Of a stretch of DNA of 64,000 nt, positions 24,059 through 32,403 are shown in pieces. The translations under genes were made by a program, and so were the position numbers. The notes under the pieces were generated by a model. That model did no database searches. It had not been told where the DNA came from and was given only the letters and a program-made list of their open reading frames with translations. Source of the DNA: Hydrurus foetidus (Eukaryota); contig UYFQ01000023.1 in NCBI GenBank assembly GCA_900617105.1, positions 310,001-374,000 of the forward strand, written 5' to 3'. Positions within the stretch are counted from its first letter, which is position 1. Every line of letters begins with the position of its first letter.

Positions 24059-24460
24059 ATGTTTTTTACCCCTGTTATGCGCCACGCTGCCCACCATGTT
24101 CACCACAACAACCTGCGTTCGTTTGACCGCAGCCTGGAGCGTTTTTTGAGCGATGCAGTAGCCACACCTGCGCGTCAAACCGGTGTCACTGCCCATGCCT
24201 TTGAGCAAGACGACACCAGCTTTACTCTTCGGCTGGACGTGCCCGGTGTCGCCAAAGAGCACTTGAGCATCGGCATTGAAGGTGCTGTGGTGCGCCTTGA
24301 AAGCTTGGCAGACGCACCGCGCCCCGTCAAAGCCGCTTATGAATTGCCCCAAGAGATCGACGCGGCAGCCAGCGAAGCCAAACTGGAAAACGGTGTGTTG
24401 ACCCTCAAACTCAGCAAAAAAGTGCCAGTCAGCAATATCGCCTCCCTGACGGTGAACTGA
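24059..24460 (+). CDS. Hsp20/alpha-crystallin family small heat-shock protein
   Basis: LDVPGV and AKLENGVLTL motifs; AGGAG ribosome-binding site. Confidence 0.9.
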   Translation: MFFTPVMRHAAHHVHHNNLRSFDRSLERFLSDAVATPARQTGVTAHAFEQDDTSFTLRLDVPGVAKEHLSIGIEGAVVRLESLADAPRPVKAAYELPQEIDAAASEAKLENGVLTLKLSKKVPVSNIASLTVN

Positions 24461-24525
24461 GCGAAACCCAGCCCGCCGCGCAGGTGAATGCAGCAGGCGC
24501 AGCGGGCAGGGCTGGCTTACAATTG

Positions 24526-24552
24526 TGCGAATGAGAACAAATTGCATTCGCA
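24526..24552 (+). promoter_or_regulatory. Fur box upstream of feoA
   Basis: TGCGAATGAGAACAAATTGCATTCGCA, a palindrome containing AATGAGAAC-A-AATTGCATT, about 20 nt upstream of the feoA start. Confidence 0.75.
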
Positions 24553-24571
24553 CCCCCAAGGTTTGCACGGC

Positions 24572-24826
24572 ATGACAGCGCTGAGCTTGCAAACGCTGGC
24601 CCCGCAGCAAGCCGCCACCGTGCGGCAATTGCGAGCCCCCGCTGGCGCGGCCATTGAGCCTCATATGCTCATGCGATTGGGTGAATTGGGCTTCTTGCCT
24701 GGCGAACATGTCACTGTGCTGCGCCGCGGCCCCGGTGGGCGTGAACCCATCGCCGTGCAAATTGGTGACACCGTTTTTGCACTCCGCGCACTTGAGGCCA
24801 GCTGCATTGAGGTAGAGACCCCATGA
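24572..24826 (+). CDS. feoA: Ferrous iron transport protein A
   Basis: RLGELGFLPGE and FALR..EA motifs; stop overlaps the feoB start. Confidence 0.9.
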   Translation: MTALSLQTLAPQQAATVRQLRAPAGAAIEPHMLMRLGELGFLPGEHVTVLRRGPGGREPIAVQIGDTVFALRALEASCIEVETP

Positions 24827-26757
24827 CCCCCAGCATCGCCCTGGTCGGCAACCCCAATTGCGGCAAGACCGCCCTGTTCAACCTGCTGACGGGTGCGCGG
24901 CAAAAAGTCGCCAACTACGCCGGTGTGACGGTCGAGCGCAAAGAAGGCCGCATGGTCTTGCCCGATGGCCGCACCGCCTCGGTGGTTGACCTGCCAGGCT
25001 CGTACAGCTTGACCCCCTCCACAGCCGATGAAACCGTGACCCACGATGTGGTGATGGGTTTGCGTGCAGGCGAGGCCCAGCCCGATGTCATCATCTCCGT
25101 GGTGGACGCCACCAACCTGCGCATGAACTTGCGCTTGGTGCTGCAGCTGCGCGCCCTTGGGCGACCTATGGTGATGGCGCTGAACATGATGGACGTGGCG
25201 CGCGCGCGCGGCTTGCGCATTGATGTGGCCAAACTGTCTCAAGAACTCGGTATGCCCGTTATTGAAACCGTGGCCATCAACAACAACAGCTGGATGCAGT
25301 GGCTGGGCGAGCGTACAGGGAGAGCGTCATTGAACGGACGAGAAGCCTTGATCGCCGCAGCACAGCAAGCGTTGGCTCTGCCGTTACCTCGGCCATTAAC
25401 TCTGCCCGTCAAAATAGCCCCTACACCACACAGCGCCGAAAAAACGGCCATGTTGGAACTGACCGCTCTGCACGCGCAAGTCAAACACATCCTGACGGTG
25501 GCTGTCCCTAACGCTTCGCAAATCAAGCGCTTCAACCACCGCATTGATGCCGTCGTGATGCACCCGGTATGGGGCCTGGTGCTGCTGTCCGTGCTCTTAT
25601 TTTTGATTTTCCAAGCTGTTTTCGCTTGGGCCAACGTGCCCATGGATGCCATCAAAGAGGCGATGGCGTTTGTCGCTGAAGGGATCAAAGCCCACATGCA
25701 AGACGGTTTGCTGCGCAGTTTGCTGGTGGACGGTATCGTGGCAGGGGTGGGCAGTGTTTTGGTTTTTTTACCGCAGATTTTGATTCTGTTTTTCTTCATT
25801 CTGGCGCTGGAAGAATCCGGCTATCTGCCCCGTGCCGCCTTTTTACTGGACAACCTGATGGGCAAAGTCGGGCTGTCAGGCCGGGCCTTTATCCCCCTGC
25901 TGTCGAGCTTTGCCTGTGCCATACCCGGCATCATGGCCACGCGCACCATACCGAACTGGCGCGACAGGCTCGCGACCATCATGATTGCGCCGCTGATGAC
26001 CTGCTCAGCCCGCCTGCCCTTGTACGCGCTGCTGATTGGCGCTTTTGTCCCTGAGCGCCACATCGGCTGGGTCAGCCAGCAAGGGCTCACGTTGTTTGCG
26101 TTGTATGTCGCCGGTATCGTGTCCGCAATGGCCATCGCCTGGACGCAAAAACGCATCTGGACGACATCCAACTACCAGCCGCTGATGCTGGAATTGCCCC
26201 CCTACCGCATGCCCAACCTGCGCAATCTGGCGCTGGGCCTGTGGCAGCGCGTCACCATCTTTCTGAATCGCGTAGGCAGCATCATTTTTGCGCTGATGGT
26301 GGTGCTGTGGTTCTTGGCCACCTTCCCCAGTCCTCCATTGGGGGCCACGGGTGCTGCCATCCAGTACAGCTTTGCCGGGATGATTGGCAAAGCACTGGAG
26401 GTCATCTTTTTGCCGATTGGTTTCAACTGGCAAATCTCCATCGCTTTGGTGCCCGGCATGGCGGCACGAGAAGTGGCCGTGGGTGCTTTGGGCACGGTAT
26501 ATGCCCTTTCTGCCAGCGCCGAAGAAACCGCCAGCGCACTCAGCCCGCTGATTGCGCAAAGCTGGTCGGTGGCAACAGCGTATTCCTTGCTCGCGTGGTA
26601 CGTGTTTGCGCCGCAATGCCTCTCAACGCTCGCGGTGGTGCGGCGTGAAACCAATTCGTGGCGCTACCCGCTGCTGATGGCGGGCTATCTGTTTGCACTG
26701 GCCTATGTCGCATCGTTCATCACCTACCGGGTGACGCTGTGGCTGACGCAGAGTTGA
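24823..26757 (+). CDS. feoB: Ferrous iron transport protein B
   Basis: GNPNCGKT, NYAGVTVE, DLPG and NMMD G-motifs, plus a membrane domain with MTCSARLP. Confidence 0.96.
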   Translation: MTPSIALVGNPNCGKTALFNLLTGARQKVANYAGVTVERKEGRMVLPDGRTASVVDLPGSYSLTPSTADETVTHDVVMGLRAGEAQPDVIISVVDATNLRMNLRLVLQLRALGRPMVMALNMMDVARARGLRIDVAKLSQELGMPVIETVAINNNSWMQWLGERTGRASLNGREALIAAAQQALALPLPRPLTLPVKIAPTPHSAEKTAMLELTALHAQVKHILTVAVPNASQIKRFNHRIDAVVMHPVWGLVLLSVLLFLIFQAVFAWANVPMDAIKEAMAFVAEGIKAHMQDGLLRSLLVDGIVAGVGSVLVFLPQILILFFFILALEESGYLPRAAFLLDNLMGKVGLSGRAFIPLLSSFACAIPGIMATRTIPNWRDRLATIMIAPLMTCSARLPLYALLIGAFVPERHIGWVSQQGLTLFALYVAGIVSAMAIAWTQKRIWTTSNYQPLMLELPPYRMPNLRNLALGLWQRVTIFLNRVGSIIFALMVVLWFLATFPSPPLGATGAAIQYSFAGMIGKALEVIFLPIGFNWQISIALVPGMAAREVAVGALGTVYALSASAEETASALSPLIAQSWSVATAYSLLAWYVFAPQCLSTLAVVRRETNSWRYPLLMAGYLFALAYVASFITYRVTLWLTQS

Positions 26758-26782
26758 TGCAGCACTCAAAGGACAACCTTCC

Positions 26783-27055
26783 ATGCTTGAAAACACCGTC
26801 GTTTTTACTTTGGTAGCTCTGTGTACGGTCTACAGCCTGTGGATTTTTCTGCCTGCGGCGCTCAAGCGCAGCGCAGCCACAGTGCTGGTCAACAGCGGGC
26901 TTCCACTGGGGGTTTTCTCTGCCAGTTTGCGCAATTTAACGGTACCCGCCACCGGCTGTGGCTCGGGTTGTGGATCATGCAGCAGCGCCAGCAGCAGCCC
27001 AGAGTCGATGGTAAAACCGGCGGTCAGACCTGTGGTTTGGCACTATAAAAAGTAG
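26783..27055 (+). CDS. FeoB-associated small Cys-rich membrane protein
   Basis: N-terminal TM helix and GCGSGCGSC motif directly after feoB; AAGGA ribosome-binding site. Confidence 0.7.
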   Translation: MLENTVVFTLVALCTVYSLWIFLPAALKRSAATVLVNSGLPLGVFSASLRNLTVPATGCGSGCGSCSSASSSPESMVKPAVRPVVWHYKK

Positions 27056-27097
27056 AGCACGCTACACCCATGTAACGTGCTACCGATGCGGTTATGG

Positions 27098-28165
27098 TTA
27101 TGGTTGTGCCACAGACAAACCACCACCTACGGCATCCAAGCCCCAACGTGGCTTCACATTGAAAGCGTAATCGCGGTTAGGCTGCTCAATACCGGCCTGC
27201 AAACGCATCGCCCCTGCCATAGCGATCATCGCGCCGTTGTCGGTACACAAATCCAACTCGGGGTAATGCACCCGCACCTTCAACCGGGCACAGGCAGCGT
27301 TGAGCTGCTGACGCAGCGCCTTGTTAGCCCCCACCCCACCGGCCACCACCAAGCGCTTGAGGCCGGTTTGCTTCAATGCCGTCAACGATTTTTTCAGAAG
27401 CACCTCAACGATGGCTGCTTGCGTGGACGCGGCCAAATCGGCCTTGCGGGCGGGCAAGTCGTCACCCAGCTTTTTGGCCTGCGTCAGCACCGCCGTTTTG
27501 AGGCCCGAGAACGAAAAATCCAGGTTCCCGCTGTGCAGCAAAGGCCGGGGCAGTGCAAAGGCTTTGGCGTCTCCTGCCTCTGCCAAACGTGACAAAGCTG
27601 GGCCACCGGGGTAGCCCAGGCCCATCAGCTTGGCCGATTTGTCAAACGCCTCGCCTGCTGCATCGTCAATCGTCTCGCCCATCATCTCGTAGCGCCCTAC
27701 CCCGTCCACCCGCATCAACTGGGTGTGACCACCCGACACCAGCAGCGCCACAAAAGGAAACTCAGGCGGATCAGCGCTCAAAAACGGCGACAGCAAGTGC
27801 CCTTCCAAATGGTGAACCCCCAGCACCGGCAAGCCCCGTGCAGCCGCCAGCGCACAGGCCACACCCGCCCCCACCAACAGCGCCCCCGCCAAACCCGGCC
27901 CCTGGGTGTAGGCCACCACGTCCACATCGGCCAAAGTCTTACCAGACTCGGCCAGCACTTGACGGGTTAAAGGCAGCACACGGCGAATATGGTCACGGCT
28001 GGCCAACTCGGGCACCACACCGCCATAGGCTTGGTGCATGTCAATCTGGCTGTAAAGGGCGTGGGAAAGCAACTCAGGCACGCCTTGAGCGCGGCATTGC
28101 ACCAAGGCAACACCGGTTTCGTCGCAAGAAGACTCGAAACCGAGGATAAGAGGGGTGGATGTCAT
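27098..28165 (-). CDS. tsaD: tRNA threonylcarbamoyladenosine biosynthesis protein TsaD
   Basis: [31 protein letters not shown] and CTDNGAMIA motifs. Confidence 0.97.
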   Translation of the reverse strand: MTSTPLILGFESSCDETGVALVQCRAQGVPELLSHALYSQIDMHQAYGGVVPELASRDHIRRVLPLTRQVLAESGKTLADVDVVAYTQGPGLAGALLVGAGVACALAAARGLPVLGVHHLEGHLLSPFLSADPPEFPFVALLVSGGHTQLMRVDGVGRYEMMGETIDDAAGEAFDKSAKLMGLGYPGGPALSRLAEAGDAKAFALPRPLLHSGNLDFSFSGLKTAVLTQAKKLGDDLPARKADLAASTQAAIVEVLLKKSLTALKQTGLKRLVVAGGVGANKALRQQLNAACARLKVRVHYPELDLCTDNGAMIAMAGAMRLQAGIEQPNRDYAFNVKPRWGLDAVGGGLSVAQP

Positions 28166-28277
28166 AGTTTGAAATTGTAGGTTCCATCAACATACGCCCC
28201 CTGCCCACCACAACAAGCGTTATCACCGGCACGATAACCAGCATGCATACAGGCGCGGTTCTTGCGTCACCACTCTC

Positions 28278-28925
28278 ATGGAAAAAGCCCTGCGTATCGT
28301 CGTCGTTGCCCCTGATCTCGCGGTCACTGACCCGCTGGACACGCACGGGCATTTGCAGGCGGAGCGTTCGCGCAGCTTGCGCATTGGACTGCTGGAAAGC
28401 GGTTTTAACTTGGTAGCGGTACTGCCTGCCGATGTCTTCTTGGCGGAACGCATTGCGCAACTGCAGCCGGATGTGATCGTGGTGGACACCGAAAGCGATG
28501 CCCGCGATGCGCTGGAGCATGTGGTCACAGCCACGCGCAATGAGCCTCGGGCGATTGTGATGTTGACGCAAGACCATAACCCGGCGCACGTCAAAGCGGC
28601 GGTGGCGGCGGGGGTGTCGGCCTACATCGTGGCGGGTTTGGCGACCGAGCGCATTCGCCCGGTGCTGGAAGTTGCGCTGGCCCGCTTTCAGCATGACCAA
28701 GCGCTGCGCGACGAGCTGGCGGCCACCAAATCCGAGTTGACGGAAAGCCGGGTTGAATTGCACAACCGCAAAGTCATTGAGCGTGCCAAAGGTTTGCTGA
28801 TGGAACGCCAAAACCTGAGCGAATCCGCTGCCTACGCGAAGCTGCGCCAAAGCGCCATGAGCAAGGGTTTGAAGCTGGCCGACATCGCGCAGCGGATGCT
28901 TGATGCCGCCGAATTACTCGGCTGA
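28278..28925 (+). CDS. nasT: ANTAR-domain response regulator (NasT type)
   Basis: REC-like N-terminus and ANTAR motif RKVIERAKGLLM..LSE..AY..LR..AM; upstream of the nitrate ABC genes. Confidence 0.9.
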   Translation: MEKALRIVVVAPDLAVTDPLDTHGHLQAERSRSLRIGLLESGFNLVAVLPADVFLAERIAQLQPDVIVVDTESDARDALEHVVTATRNEPRAIVMLTQDHNPAHVKAAVAAGVSAYIVAGLATERIRPVLEVALARFQHDQALRDELAATKSELTESRVELHNRKVIERAKGLLMERQNLSESAAYAKLRQSAMSKGLKLADIAQRMLDAAELLG

Positions 28926-28948
28926 GGGGCTGGGCTAAATTGGTGCGC

Positions 28949-28965
28949 TGCACAAAATCAGTGCC
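28949..28965 (+). promoter_or_regulatory. NtrC-like binding site
   Basis: TGCAC-AAAATCA-GTGCC against the consensus TGCAC-N7-GTGCA, upstream of a sigma54 promoter. Confidence 0.5.
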
Positions 28966-28984
28966 CACACAAAGGCATTCATGC

Positions 28985-29000
28985 TGGCACGTTGTTTGCT
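28985..29000 (+). promoter_or_regulatory. Sigma54 promoter of the nrt operon
   Basis: TGGCAC-GTTGT-TTGCT, an exact -24/-12 consensus. Confidence 0.85.
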
Positions 29001-29013
29001 GAAGTAGAAACAA

Positions 29014-29086
29014 GACCAACGAAGGTCAGTTGAATGTGCCTCACCCAACGGCGGGCGAGGCGCACCACACCCGGACAAAGGCGTCC
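29014..29086 (+). ncRNA. ANTAR-target leader RNA (three hexaloop hairpins)
   Basis: GACC-AACGAA-GGTC (29014-27), GCCTCACCC-AACGGC-GGGCGAGGC (29038-61) and GGAC-AAAGGC-GTCC (29073-86). All loops have A1 and G4. Confidence 0.85.
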
Positions 29087-29137
29087 CCACCTGAGAGCTT
29101 TTCACAAGCCCAGGTGAGGACGCCTTTTTTGTTTTTT
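29077..29137 (+). terminator. Leader attenuator terminator overlapping the last ANTAR hairpin
   Basis: AAAGGCGTCC-C-CACCTG pairs with CAGGTG-A-GGACGCCTTT, followed by a long T tract. Confidence 0.85.
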
Positions 29138-29159
29138 GCAACGCTATTGGAGCCACCTT

Positions 29160-30416
29160 ATGACCCGGAACCTGTCAATCACTTTGCAAACCCGTCTTGG
29201 CCGCCGCGCCGTGCTTCAAGGTGCCGCCGTCGCCGCAGTGGGCATCGCCCCTGCCCTGCGTGCTGCCGTCTACGCCCAAGGCTCAGACAAGCCTGAAAAA
29301 GAAGAAGTCAAAATCGGCTTCATCCCCTTGACCGACTGCGCCAGCGTGGTGATGGCCTCGGTGCTGGGTATCGACAAAAAATATGGCGTGAAAATCATCC
29401 CCAGCAAAGAAGCCAGCTGGGCGGGTGTGCGCGACAAACTGGTCAGTGGTGAGCTGGACATGGCCCACGCGCTCTACGGCTTGATCTACGGCGTCCACTT
29501 GGGCACCAGCGGCCCCAAGAAAGACATGGCCGTGCTGATGACGCTGAACCAAAACGGCCAAGCCATCACGCTCTCGAAAAAGCTGGCCGACAAGGGCGCA
29601 GTAGACGGTGCCAGCCTCGCCAAGCTGATGGCCGCTGAGAAGCGTGAATACACGTTTGCCCAGACCTTCCCCACCGGCACCCACGCGATGTGGCTGTACT
29701 ACTGGATGGCCGCCAACGGCATCAACCCCATCAAGGACGCCAAAGTCATCACCGTGCCGCCACCGCAGATGGTGGCCAACATGCGCGTGGGCAATATGGA
29801 CGGTTTTTGCGTGGGCGAGCCCTGGAACCACCGCGCCATCATTGACGGCATCGGCGTGACCGCCATCACCACCCAGGACATTTGGAAAGACCACCCTGAA
29901 AAGGTGCTCGGCACCACGGGCGAATTCGTCAAAAAGTACCCCAACACCGCCCGCGCCGTCACCGCAGCCATCATCGAAGCGGGCAAGTGGATTGATGCAG
30001 GCCTGGTTAACAAAACCAAGATGGCAGAGACGATTGCCGACAAGTCGTATGTCAACACCAACGTCGATGCGATCAACCAACGCATCTTGGGGCGCTACCA
30101 AAACGGCATGGGCAAAACCTGGGACGACCCTAACCACATGAAATTTTTCAACGATGGCGCGGTGAACTTCCCTTACTTGTCGGACGGCATGTGGTTCCTG
30201 ACGCAGCACAAGCGCTGGGGTTTGATGAAAGAGCATCCTGATTATTTGGCTGTGGCCAAACAAATCAACCAAATCGACATTTACAAGCAAGCTGCCACCG
30301 CCGCCAAAGTCAGCGTACCCAAAGACGTGATGCGCAGCAGCAAATTCTTGGACGGCGTGGTGTGGGACGGCAAAGACCCCAAGAAATACGCCGACAGCTT
30401 CAAGGTTGCGGCTTAA
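29160..30416 (+). CDS. nrtA: Nitrate ABC transporter substrate-binding protein (NrtA/CmpA family)
   Basis: Tat-like RRAVLQG; GFIPLTDCA, TFPTGTH, GFCVGEPW and DHPEKVL motifs. Start set at ATG 29160. Confidence 0.92.
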   Translation: MTRNLSITLQTRLGRRAVLQGAAVAAVGIAPALRAAVYAQGSDKPEKEEVKIGFIPLTDCASVVMASVLGIDKKYGVKIIPSKEASWAGVRDKLVSGELDMAHALYGLIYGVHLGTSGPKKDMAVLMTLNQNGQAITLSKKLADKGAVDGASLAKLMAAEKREYTFAQTFPTGTHAMWLYYWMAANGINPIKDAKVITVPPPQMVANMRVGNMDGFCVGEPWNHRAIIDGIGVTAITTQDIWKDHPEKVLGTTGEFVKKYPNTARAVTAAIIEAGKWIDAGLVNKTKMAETIADKSYVNTNVDAINQRILGRYQNGMGKTWDDPNHMKFFNDGAVNFPYLSDGMWFLTQHKRWGLMKEHPDYLAVAKQINQIDIYKQAATAAKVSVPKDVMRSSKFLDGVVWDGKDPKKYADSFKVAA

Positions 30417-30449
30417 CGGCCCCCGTTCACTTCTCACCGGAGAAACACC

Positions 30450-31403
30450 ATGGTCAGTGCCGTATTCCATTCCCCGAGAGACGTGATGTTTGAGGCACCT
30501 GCTGCCTCATCTACCGCGTTATCTACCGCGTTGCCTGCCAATTCGCCAGTTACAAAAATGATAGCTACCCGTGCCCATGAAGAAAGCGTAAAGCCGCAAA
30601 AAGAACCTAATATTCCTTACGATTGGAGTGGTTTATGGTTGCGGGTTTTACCCCCCGTGATGGGCATGGGCTTGCTGATTGGGCTGTGGGCACTGGTGTC
30701 CATCACCACGGCCAGCAGCATCCCGTCGCCTTATGACACCTTTTTGCAAGCGGTGGAGGTGTTCCGTGATCCGTTCTACCAAAAAGGCCCGAACGACCAA
30801 GGCGTGGGCTGGAACATCCTCAGCTCGCTCAAGCGCGTGGCGATCGGTTTCGGCTTGGCAGCGGTGGTGGGCATTCCGTTTGGCTTCCTCATTGGGCGGT
30901 TTGAGTTCATGAGCCGCATGTTCAACCCCCTCATCAGCCTGCTGCGCCCCGTTTCACCGCTGGCGTGGTTGCCGATTGGCCTGATGGTGTTCAAAGGGGC
31001 CAACCCTGCGGCCATTTGGACGATTTTCATCTGCTCGATCTGGCCCATGGTCATCAACACCGCCGTGGGCGTACAGCGCGTACCCAGCGACTACATGAAT
31101 GTGGCCCGCGTGCTCAACCTGTCCGAGTGGAAGATCATCACCAAAATCCTCTTCCCTGCCGTGCTGCCCTACATGCTGACCGGTGTGCGCCTGGCAGTGG
31201 GCACCGCGTGGCTGGTGATCGTGGCCGCCGAGATGCTGACGGGTGGCGTAGGCATTGGCTTTTGGGTGTGGGACGAGTGGAACAACCTGAACGTCAAAAA
31301 CATCATCATCGCCATCTTTGTGATTGGCATCGTGGGGCTGATTTTGGAATATGCGTTGATCAAACTGGCGACCGCCTTTACTTTTGAAGAGGTGAAATCA
31401 TGA
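30450..31403 (+). CDS. nrtB: Nitrate ABC transporter permease
   Basis: GPNDQGVGW, LRPVSPLAWLP and WLVIVAAEML motifs. Confidence 0.93.
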   Translation: MVSAVFHSPRDVMFEAPAASSTALSTALPANSPVTKMIATRAHEESVKPQKEPNIPYDWSGLWLRVLPPVMGMGLLIGLWALVSITTASSIPSPYDTFLQAVEVFRDPFYQKGPNDQGVGWNILSSLKRVAIGFGLAAVVGIPFGFLIGRFEFMSRMFNPLISLLRPVSPLAWLPIGLMVFKGANPAAIWTIFICSIWPMVINTAVGVQRVPSDYMNVARVLNLSEWKIITKILFPAVLPYMLTGVRLAVGTAWLVIVAAEMLTGGVGIGFWVWDEWNNLNVKNIIIAIFVIGIVGLILEYALIKLATAFTFEEVKS

Positions 31404-32263
31404 ACACACCCTTAAACAAACCATCGAACGAAAACCTGAACGAAAAATTCATCCAAATCCAAGGCGTCGCCCAGACCTTCAAAACCGCCAAGGGCATGTT
31501 CCCTGCGTTGCGGGACGTGGATTTGAACATCGCTAAAGGGGAATTCGTCGCGTTGATTGGGCACTCCGGCTGCGGTAAATCCACGCTGCTGAACCTGATT
31601 GCCGGCTTGACCGTGCCCACATCGGGTGCCTTGATCTGCGCCAACCGTGAAATCAAAGGCCCGGGCCCCGAGCGCGCCGTGGTGTTCCAAAACCACTCGC
31701 TGCTGCCGTGGCTGACCTGCTATGAAAACGTCTACCTCGCGGTAGAGCGCGTTTTTGGTTCAGCGAACAAATCCACAGGCGCCGCCGCTGAGAACAAAGC
31801 TCAGCTCAAAGCCCGCACGCATGCAGCGCTGGCCTTGGTCGGCCTGACACCTGCCGCACAAAAACGCCCTGGTGAAATATCTGGCGGCATGAAGCAGCGT
31901 GTCGGTATTGCCCGTGCCCTGTGCATGGAGCCCAAAGTGCTGCTGATGGACGAACCTTTTGGTGCATTAGACGCCCTCACCCGCGCCAAGCTGCAAGACG
32001 AGCTGCTGCAAATCGTCGCCACCACCCAAAGCACCGTGGTGATGGTGACCCACGATGTCGATGAAGCCGTGCTGCTGAGCGACAAAATAGTGATGCTGAC
32101 CAACGGCCCTGCCGCCACCATCGGCGAAGTACTGAGCGTCGAGCTGCCCCGCCCCCGTAACAGGGTGCAACTGGCTGACGACAGCCAGTACCAGCACTAC
32201 CGCAAAGCGGTGATCGACTTTTTGTACACCCGCCAAGCCCACGTCGAAAAACGCACGGCCTGA
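31400..32263 (+). CDS. Nitrate ABC transporter ATP-binding protein (NrtD type)
   Basis: GHSGCGKST, SGGMKQR and MDEPFGALD motifs. Confidence 0.93.
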   Translation: MNTPLNKPSNENLNEKFIQIQGVAQTFKTAKGMFPALRDVDLNIAKGEFVALIGHSGCGKSTLLNLIAGLTVPTSGALICANREIKGPGPERAVVFQNHSLLPWLTCYENVYLAVERVFGSANKSTGAAAENKAQLKARTHAALALVGLTPAAQKRPGEISGGMKQRVGIARALCMEPKVLLMDEPFGALDALTRAKLQDELLQIVATTQSTVVMVTHDVDEAVLLSDKIVMLTNGPAATIGEVLSVELPRPRNRVQLADDSQYQHYRKAVIDFLYTRQAHVEKRTA

Positions 32264-32316
32264 AACCTGAACGCAAGCCAGAGCAGCGGCGCTGTCGCAA
32301 ATCCTGCTGAATTGAC

Positions 32317-32360
32317 TGCACTTTATGTGTGCAGTGCCCCAAACTGGCACGCTTTTCGCA
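32317..32360 (+). promoter_or_regulatory. NtrC-like site plus sigma54 promoter of the MFS nitrate transporter
   Basis: TGCAC-TTTATGT-GTGCA (32317-33), then TGGCAC-GCTTT-TCGCA (32345-60). Confidence 0.7.
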
Positions 32361-32403
32361 CTGCTTGGGGGAATTCAACCCTTCCACTCCAAGGATTTGC
32401 ACT

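Noticed and set aside
29283..30470. 395-aa antisense ORF, and similar long ones at 39178-40179, 51621-52673, 54023-55033 and 59290-60150
   Set aside because: They lie wholly opposite well-supported genes and have no recognisable motifs; these are shadow ORFs of GC-rich codon usage.
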